Both the position numbers and the translations under genes were made by a program. This document shows positions 57,488 to 64,000 of a DNA stretch of 64,000 bases, piece by piece. Position 1 is the stretch's first letter, and every line of letters starts with the position of its first letter. The DNA is from Alphaproteobacteria bacterium (GTDB lineage Bacteria > Pseudomonadota > Alphaproteobacteria > UBA7887). The stretch is from NCBI GenBank assembly GCA_965216755.1, contig CBDCGL010000011.1:3328001-3392000 (forward strand), written 5' to 3'. The notes below the pieces were generated by a model. The model saw only the letters and a program-made list of their open reading frames with translations, was not told where the DNA came from and made no database searches.

Positions 57488-58611
57488 AGGTTCTCCAACT
57501 GAGCGCGGTTGACTTTACCGTTACCCGGTTTTTGCTGCCTCTTATCACGCGCCTGCAAGACGCCGGCCACGAGGTAGTCGTCGCCTGCGCCGACGGGCCG
57601 CTATTGGCCCCGGTGCGCGCAGCCGGTGTGGCCGTGGCGCCGGTCCCATTCAGCCGCCACATCGGTGCGCTGGCTAGCCATTGGCGGGCATTTCGCATGC
57701 TGGTCGCACTCATGCGTCGCGAGCGATTTGACATCGTCCACGTGCACACGCCGTTGGCGGCCTTTATCGGTCGGCTGGCTGCCTGGCGGGCCGGTGCCCC
57801 GTGCATCGTCTATACGGCCCACGGCTTTTACTTTCACGATCGCATGGGGCGCTGCCGGTGGGCCGTCTTTGTCGCCTTGGAATGGTTGGCGGGGCGGGTC
57901 ACCGACGTGTTGTTCACACAATCTCTGGAAGACGCCGCCGTCGCCCGGCGCTATCACCTGTGCCGCGGCGCAACGATCGAGGCGATCGGCAATGGCGTCG
58001 ATCCGAACACATTCTATCCCGAGACCGACGAAAAGACACGGTGCGCCACCCGGGGTGCCGTCGGCAGCCGTCCCGGTCGGTGCGTGATTGCGGTGATCGG
58101 TCGTTTGGTGGCGGAGAAGGGGTATCCCGAATTGTTTCGCGCCATCAAACATGTCGATGCGGATTTGTGGGTGATCGGCGCGCGATTGGAAAGTGATCAC
58201 GCCGCCGGCATCGATCACGCTTTGGTCCAACTGGAGTCCGATCCCGATCTCAACGCACGGGTGCATGTGTTGGGCGCGCGCGACGACGTGCCCAACTTGC
58301 TGCGCGCCGCCGATTTGTTTGTGCTGCCGTCCCACCGCGAAGGCATGCCGCGCTCGATCATCGAGGCGATGATGACCGGCCTGGCGGTGGTGGCGACCGA
58401 CATCCGGGGCAGCCGCGAAGAAGTGGTCGATGGCGAGACCGGGTTCTTGGTGCCGGTCGACGACGCTATCGCGCTGGCCGAGGCCCTCAATCGCCTGGTG
58501 GCGGACTCAGATTTGCGCGCGGCAATGGGAGCCGCGGGTTACGCCCGGGCGCGGGCACTTTACGACGAAGCTACGGTTATTGACCGGCAAATGGAGATCC
58601 TCCGTCTATAG
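57484..58611 (+). CDS. Glycosyltransferase family 4 (CapM-like)
   Basis: HVHTP, YTAHGF, GRLVAEKG, REGMPRSIIEAM. Confidence 0.9.
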   Translation: MKVLQLSAVDFTVTRFLLPLITRLQDAGHEVVVACADGPLLAPVRAAGVAVAPVPFSRHIGALASHWRAFRMLVALMRRERFDIVHVHTPLAAFIGRLAAWRAGAPCIVYTAHGFYFHDRMGRCRWAVFVALEWLAGRVTDVLFTQSLEDAAVARRYHLCRGATIEAIGNGVDPNTFYPETDEKTRCATRGAVGSRPGRCVIAVIGRLVAEKGYPELFRAIKHVDADLWVIGARLESDHAAGIDHALVQLESDPDLNARVHVLGARDDVPNLLRAADLFVLPSHREGMPRSIIEAMMTGLAVVATDIRGSREEVVDGETGFLVPVDDAIALAEALNRLVADSDLRAAMGAAGYARARALYDEATVIDRQMEILRL

Positions 58612-58648
58612 GGCTCAAATCAATGCGCCAAGGATGAAAAGGAATTTC

Positions 58649-58671
58649 AGGGCCGCCGCGCGGCCCTTTTT
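58649..58671 (+). terminator. Intrinsic terminator hairpin
   Basis: AGGGCCGC-cgc-GCGGCCCT followed by a T-run, between convergent GT4 and pseC. Confidence 0.7.
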
Positions 58672-59894
58672 CATAGGTTCAATGCCGCGGCCAGGGCGAC
58701 GACGACGCGGTCGACATCGCTGTCGGCCATGGCCGGAAAGAGAGGCAAACTCAAAGCCCGATCATAATAGGTATGGGCGCCGGGCAGAACCGCCGCGCCA
58801 TATAGCCGGCGGTAGTAAGGGTGCAGGTGTACCGGCATGTAATGCACCATGGTGCCGATTCGGGCGTCGCGCAGCGTGCGCATCACGTGGCCGCGCTCGA
58901 TCCCAAGGGCGGCGAAATCGATCAGGGCCACATAGAGGTGCCAGGCTGGACGGCAGTCCGCGACGCGCGTGAGCGGCCGCACATGGGGGCCGAAGCGCGC
59001 CAATGCCGCGTCGTAGCGGTTCGCCAACGCGGCGCGGCGCGCGACAAAACGGTCCAATTTTCCGAGCTGGCTCAACCCCAACGCGCATTGCATGTCGGTG
59101 ACGCGATAGTTCCAGCCCAACTGATCGATCTCGTAGTACCAAGGATTCTCGCGACCACCGCTATCGAACGCCAGATCGGCCTGCTGCAGGGCGTCCGCAT
59201 CGCGCACCATGCCGTGATGGCGCAGGCGGCGCAGGGCCGCGGCGTGGGCCGCGTCATTGGTCGTCACCGCGCCGCCCTCCCCCATGGCAATGGTCTTGAC
59301 CGGGTGAAATGAAAACACGCTCAGGTCCGCGTGATGGCCGTCGCCAACCTGATGGACCGTGCTGTCACAGACATAGGCTGTACCGATGGCATGGGCGGCG
59401 TCCAGAATGACGGCCATATGGTGTTTGCGGGCGATCGCGGCGATGGCGGACAGGTCGCTCGCTTGGCCATTCAGTTGCACCGGCACAATCGCGCGGACCG
59501 GCGGGCCGCCGTCGCTGGCACTGCGGGCAATGGCCTCCGCCGCCGTTGTCGCCGTCATCAGACCAGTGTCCGGCGCGACATCGGCAAAGACGACGTCGGC
59601 GCCAACAAAACGCACGGCATTCGCTGTCGCGGCAAAAGTGAGTGTCGGCACGATGACCCGATCGCCGCGACCGATGCCGAGCGCAGCCATGGCCAAATGC
59701 AGGCCGGCAGTGCCGCTGGCGCAGGCGACCGCGTGTTCGGCTCCAACCTGGCTGGCTAAGGCGGCTTCGAACTGCGCCACCATCGGTCCGGTGGTCAGCC
59801 AATCGCCGCGCAACACAGCGACCACGGCGGCGATATCGTCGTCTTCGATGGTCTGGCGACCATAGGGCAGGAAATCAGGCGTGGGCGCGGCCAT
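58671..59894 (-). CDS. pseC: PseC aminotransferase
   Basis: LPYGRQTI, WLTTGP, FSFHPVKTI..GEGG, PWYYE...LGWNYR, VHYMP; start moved to ATG 59894. Confidence 0.9.
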   Translation of the reverse strand: MAAPTPDFLPYGRQTIEDDDIAAVVAVLRGDWLTTGPMVAQFEAALASQVGAEHAVACASGTAGLHLAMAALGIGRGDRVIVPTLTFAATANAVRFVGADVVFADVAPDTGLMTATTAAEAIARSASDGGPPVRAIVPVQLNGQASDLSAIAAIARKHHMAVILDAAHAIGTAYVCDSTVHQVGDGHHADLSVFSFHPVKTIAMGEGGAVTTNDAAHAAALRRLRHHGMVRDADALQQADLAFDSGGRENPWYYEIDQLGWNYRVTDMQCALGLSQLGKLDRFVARRAALANRYDAALARFGPHVRPLTRVADCRPAWHLYVALIDFAALGIERGHVMRTLRDARIGTMVHYMPVHLHPYYRRLYGAAVLPGAHTYYDRALSLPLFPAMADSDVDRVVVALAAALNL

Positions 59895-59905
59895 GTCGAA
59901 ACGCG

Positions 59906-61630
59906 TCAGCGCGGCGCCACTTGCCGAAAGCTCCACTTCACCGTGGCGCCGTCGGCGCCGGCGCGGCCGGTAATCATGATCTGTTCGCAGCGTCTTTGGA
60001 TTCCGCCGGCGCCGAAATAAACACTGGGGTTGACACCCAGGCTGCCACCGGCGGCGCGAAACTGCCAGCCGCCGCCGCTGGGCAAGCGCAGCAGAGCCAT
60101 TTGGCCATTCTGCGCCATGGACACCTGGACCGTGGGGTGTAGGTGAAAGCGAATTGTGAACGGCCGCCCCGGGTCGGATGGCGGCGGCTGGTCGCCGACC
60201 GGCTGCAGACTGTCTTCGCCCCGCAGGTCATGGCCTTCACTATCGATGTAGAGGCGCCGCCGATGGGTGAAGCCGAAATTGGCGACATAGCCATCATGCG
60301 CCATGTCCAGCCACACCGAGCCGTCCTGTTCATGCCGATCGCATGTGACTCGTCGGGGTTGGCGACCAATTCGCCCATCGCGGCCGAATTGACAGGAATT
60401 GGTGTCATCGATGGTCAGGGTCGAATGCGCCGCGGTCGACCGCAAGGCGTTTGCCCAAACCTCTGGCTGCCCCCAGGACGGGCCGCAATTGACGATCACC
60501 CGATCCTTGCCGACACACATTTCGAAACTCAAGGTGCCGGCATGAACATGTTCCGGAAGAGCCGCTGGCCGGCCACTGTCGACCAAAAAGCTTGTACGGC
60601 GGGCCGCGATTCGCTGATAGCCAAAATGGGGCGCATTCGACAGTGGTTTGCCCTTGGCATCGGAAATTGCCAGGGTCGCGGTGACCATGGTGGCGTCGTC
60701 TTCACCTGAGTCATTGAAATTGCCAAGCCCGCCGTCGGCGTAGCGCATCATCCGCAGCATGGGCGCGCCACGATCGATGGCGCGAATCAGCGCCTCGGGA
60801 ATCGGGTGTTTGATGACCTCCAATAGCCCGCGAATGTCGGCGAGATCAGCCAGCACGCGCCGCAAAATACGCGGCGATCGCTCCACATGTCCGCCATCGC
60901 TCAACAGCTGTTGTTCCACCTCATGTTCAACCAGGCGCAGGGTCGCCGTCAGATGCCGTTGGCGCCGCGCCAGTCCCAAGATACCGAACAATAAGCCGCG
61001 CAATGCCGCGATACGACGGGCGCCGGCCACGTCATTTTTGGCCACGCGCAACAAATGTCGCTCCTGTCGCGCCAGCGACTCCAGGAATGCCCGATGAAAC
61101 GCGTGGTCGGCACCGCCCAGGATGAAATTGGCGTTGGTGATCCACGCGGCGACTCGCCGACCAAGGATGTCGGCACGCCATATCATCGGTTGCCAGTCGC
61201 TGAATGTTGTCAGCCAGTCGGCCACCATGGCGCGGGCGTGGCGGCGCGCCGCCTCACCGCCGCTGGCCTTGAAGTCGCGGAGCCATTCGAAGGCATGAAG
61301 TTCCTCGCGCCACGCATCGGTGGCGTTGGCGGCCAGCCACGGTACGCGATTGGGTGCGACGATGGACTGGCCGGCAAATTCGTACTGACCTTGAAACAGG
61401 GCGTTGCCGTGACCGGGATCACCCGGCCACGGGTCGGGCGGCGACAGCGACACCCGTTGCGGTACGCGCCCCGCCAATGTCCAGCGATACAGTTTGCTGC
61501 GGAATACCGTGCCACGTAGCGAACGCGGCGCGCCAGAGGCAATCCGTGTCGGTTGCGGTAACGGCGCAAGACCATCGCTGGTGGTCGGTTGCGGTGTGAG
61601 CGGTTGTTCGTTGCTGTCGGGTTCAGCCAT
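59906..61630 (-). CDS. Heparinase II/III family protein
   Basis: LH.F.WLRD, SDGGH, DGG..FN, HAG.LSFE, NCG, R.TAAHST, HDGY, RFHLHP. Confidence 0.9.
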   Translation of the reverse strand: MAEPDSNEQPLTPQPTTSDGLAPLPQPTRIASGAPRSLRGTVFRSKLYRWTLAGRVPQRVSLSPPDPWPGDPGHGNALFQGQYEFAGQSIVAPNRVPWLAANATDAWREELHAFEWLRDFKASGGEAARRHARAMVADWLTTFSDWQPMIWRADILGRRVAAWITNANFILGGADHAFHRAFLESLARQERHLLRVAKNDVAGARRIAALRGLLFGILGLARRQRHLTATLRLVEHEVEQQLLSDGGHVERSPRILRRVLADLADIRGLLEVIKHPIPEALIRAIDRGAPMLRMMRYADGGLGNFNDSGEDDATMVTATLAISDAKGKPLSNAPHFGYQRIAARRTSFLVDSGRPAALPEHVHAGTLSFEMCVGKDRVIVNCGPSWGQPEVWANALRSTAAHSTLTIDDTNSCQFGRDGRIGRQPRRVTCDRHEQDGSVWLDMAHDGYVANFGFTHRRRLYIDSEGHDLRGEDSLQPVGDQPPPSDPGRPFTIRFHLHPTVQVSMAQNGQMALLRLPSGGGWQFRAAGGSLGVNPSVYFGAGGIQRRCEQIMITGRAGADGATVKWSFRQVAPR

Positions 61631-61638
61631 GCGCCGGC

Positions 61639-62298
61639 TCAGCCCCGCAACGCGGCAATATTGGCAGCATAGGCACTGCTGCCGCCGGCAAATGTCGCCG
61701 TTCCCGCCACCAAGACGTTGGCGCCCGCCGCGATCGCCTTGGGCGCTGTTTCCGTGGTGATGCCGCCGTCGACTTCCAAATCGATGACGCGGCCACTGCT
61801 GTTGATCATGCTGCGCACGGTGCGAATTTTCTCGACCTGGCTCTCGATAAACTGCTGGCCGCCAAAGCCGGGATTGACGGTCATCACCAAAATCAGGTCA
61901 ACCATGTCAATCACAGGCAGTATGGCATCGGCGGGTGTTCCCGGATTTAAGGATACGCCAGATTTCTTGCCCAGCGCATGGATCATTTGCAAAGTTCGGT
62001 GCAGGTGCGGTCCAGCCTCGACATGGACGGTGATGATGTCGGCGCCGGCGTCCGCGAACGCCGGGACCATTGCATCGACCGGCGCAACCATCAAATGAAC
62101 ATCAAACGGCAAGGCACTGTGGTCGCGCAACGCCGCGACGACCGCCGGTCCGATGGTCAAATTGGGCACGAAATGCCCGTCCATAATGTCGACATGAATG
62201 AGATCAGCGCCGGCCTTGGATACCGCGCGCACGTCTTCACCCAGCCGAGCAAAATCTGCCGCCAGAATCGACGGGGCAATGCGCACCGCTGATGACAT
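61639..62298 (-). CDS. rpe: Ribulose-phosphate 3-epimerase
   Basis: IAPSIL, HVDIMDGHFVPN, DVHLM, MTVNPGFGGQ, VDGG; start ATG 62298. Confidence 0.96.
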   Translation of the reverse strand: MSSAVRIAPSILAADFARLGEDVRAVSKAGADLIHVDIMDGHFVPNLTIGPAVVAALRDHSALPFDVHLMVAPVDAMVPAFADAGADIITVHVEAGPHLHRTLQMIHALGKKSGVSLNPGTPADAILPVIDMVDLILVMTVNPGFGGQQFIESQVEKIRTVRSMINSSGRVIDLEVDGGITTETAPKAIAAGANVLVAGTATFAGGSSAYAANIAALRG

Positions 62299-62315
62299 TA
62301 GAAGGAAGTACCAGC

Positions 62316-63611
62316 TTACGAGATGCGCTTCAAGCGGGCCGCGTAGAAGCCGTCCATACCGCCCATTTCGGCCCAGTGGCATGGCAAAGTACGCAAACAT
62401 CCGTCGGCCGCGATCAGGCCCTTGAGACCGTCGATCTCGCCCAGCCGAATCGGGTCTCGGGCGAGTCGCGGTTCGGTCGCGCACAGGGCATCGATTTGCA
62501 TCGGGCCCTCTTCGGGCTGTAACGAGCAGGTCGTGTAAACGAGTGTGCCGCCGGGCGCCACCATCGCCGCCGCGGATCGCAACAAAACACGCTGTGTGTC
62601 GGCCAGTTGGGCGACGTCGCCGGCCGACTTGTTGTACGCGATGTCCGGGTGTCTACGAATCGTGCCGGTCGCCGTACAGGGCGCGTCAAGCAACACAAAC
62701 TTGGCTGGCCGTGTCGGCCGCCAATCCGCGATGTCGCCAATCACGATCTTGGCGTCAAGCCCCAACCGGTCGAGATTCTGCCGCAAGCGCGCGCCACGGG
62801 ACGGCGATCGATCGACCGCCACGACGTGGCCGCCGGCGGCCGCCAATTGCGCGGTCTTGCCGCCCGGCGCGGCGCACAAGTCAAGCACGGTCTCGCCCGC
62901 CGGTATGTGCAGCAAGCGCGCTGGAATGGCCGCGGCGGTGTCTTGAACCCACCAAGCACCGGCTGCAAATCCCGGCAGGTTTTCGACCTGCCCGGCATCG
63001 ACCAAACGCAAACTCCCGGTCGGCAATCGCACCGCGTCTGGAAATAACGCCGCCGCCTCGGCCGGCGCGCGCGGTGTCAAATCCATCGGTGGCTCGCGCA
63101 TGTGCTGCGTTGCGATCGCGCGCGCGTGGTCGTCGCCATACGCGGCCGACCAGGTTTGCCAAAGCCACGCCGGCGTGTTCAGCCGCGCCGCGTCTTGCGC
63201 CGCCACCCAACCGGGACCATCGTGGCTGATCCGGCGCAACACCGCGTTGACAACGCCCTTGAACCGGTCGGCACCGCGCGACGTCACCAGATCGACGGCG
63301 GTCGAGATCGCGGCGTGGGCCGGCGTATCAAGAAACAGCAATTGAGCTGCGCCCAGGCGCAACGCCGCGTGCGCGGTTCGCGCGCGGGCGGGCAGCGGTT
63401 TCGACAGGCAGTGATCGAGAACCGCATCGATTTGACCGCGCCGGCGGAGCACCGTGGTCACCAACAAGCGGGCGAACGCCCTGTCGCGTGGGCTCAGTTG
63501 GGTGAGATCACCATGGCCTGATAACGCCTCGCCCAACGCCAGGCGGCGGTGGCAAACCGCGTCGAGTACGTTCACTGCAATCCGGCGCGCGTCCGGCGTG
63601 CGCCCGTTCAT
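62316..63611 (-). CDS. rsmB: RsmB/NOP family RNA m5C methyltransferase with NusB-like domain
   Basis: VQD, DLCAAPGGKT, DAPC.ATG..RRHPD, Y.TCS..PEEG, DGFY. Confidence 0.92.
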   Translation of the reverse strand: MNGRTPDARRIAVNVLDAVCHRRLALGEALSGHGDLTQLSPRDRAFARLLVTTVLRRRGQIDAVLDHCLSKPLPARARTAHAALRLGAAQLLFLDTPAHAAISTAVDLVTSRGADRFKGVVNAVLRRISHDGPGWVAAQDAARLNTPAWLWQTWSAAYGDDHARAIATQHMREPPMDLTPRAPAEAAALFPDAVRLPTGSLRLVDAGQVENLPGFAAGAWWVQDTAAAIPARLLHIPAGETVLDLCAAPGGKTAQLAAAGGHVVAVDRSPSRGARLRQNLDRLGLDAKIVIGDIADWRPTRPAKFVLLDAPCTATGTIRRHPDIAYNKSAGDVAQLADTQRVLLRSAAAMVAPGGTLVYTTCSLQPEEGPMQIDALCATEPRLARDPIRLGEIDGLKGLIAADGCLRTLPCHWAEMGGMDGFYAARLKRIS

Positions 63612-63642
63612 GGGCGCATGTGGGTAAACACGTCAACCGCCG

Positions 63643-64000
63643 TCATCCCCACGGTCCGGCCGCGCCGGCCATCTCGCGCAAGCGGCGAATGCGGTTCTCT
63701 GTGCGCGGATGGGTCGAAAACAAGCCATCCATTTTATGCGCGTGCAGGGGGTTGATGATAAACATATGGGCGGTCGCCGGGTTGCTTTCGGCGGCGTGAT
63801 TGTCAATCCGCGCAGCGTGGCCATGGATCTTTTCCAGCGCGTTGGCCAGCCACAGCGGTTGGCCCGAGATCTCGGCCCCGATCCGATCCGCTTCATATTC
63901 CCGCGCCCGGCTGATCGCCATTTGCACCAGTGCGGCCGCCATCGGAGCCAGGATCATGACCAATATCACACCCACAATTCCCAGCGGATTGTTGCGGTTG
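63643..64000 (-). CDS. htpX: Zinc metalloprotease HtpX, C-terminal part (5' end outside window)
   Basis: [33 protein letters not shown]. Confidence 0.92.
   Translation of the reverse strand, partial: NRNNPLGIVGVILVMILAPMAAALVQMAISRAREYEADRIGAEISGQPLWLANALEKIHGHAARIDNHAAESNPATAHMFIINPLHAHKMDGLFSTHPRTENRIRRLREMAGAAGPWG

Overview
GC-rich window, most likely from an alphaproteobacterium, judged from the htpX-rsmB-rpe-heparinase II/III housekeeping block at the right end. About 60 kb is one very large surface-glycan locus. Its core is a ~40.5 kb, 38-gene, mostly translationally coupled + strand operon (12668-53228). The leader of this operon carries two GTTCA-N5-TGAAC palindromes and an exact ops element (GGCGGTAGCGTG), and an RfaH-type antiterminator is encoded 7 kb upstream. 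The locus appears to encode three parallel nonulosonic-acid (NulO) pathways, with 3 NeuB synthases, 3 cytidylyltransferases, 3 sugar-nucleotide hydrolases and 3 orphan GT-B-like proteins. One pathway is legionaminic-like, one is pseudaminic-like and one is unassigned. Tailoring genes include two HisH/HisF/N-acetyl-sugar amidotransferase (acetamidino) triads, a PAPS supply (cysD, cysNC, cysQ) with two sulfotransferases, a radical SAM/SPASM enzyme and a WbpB/D/E diacetamido-uronate set. There is also an ATP-grasp / SpsF-aminotransferase fusion / GNAT / PIG-L / FabH / Cys-less AsnB cassette, and a PglK-like ABC flippase. A perfect 36-bp inverted-repeat element lies between rfaH and cysQ. No rRNA, tRNA, CRISPR array or transposase was seen. 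All functional calls come from motif recognition by eye; no database searches were run.
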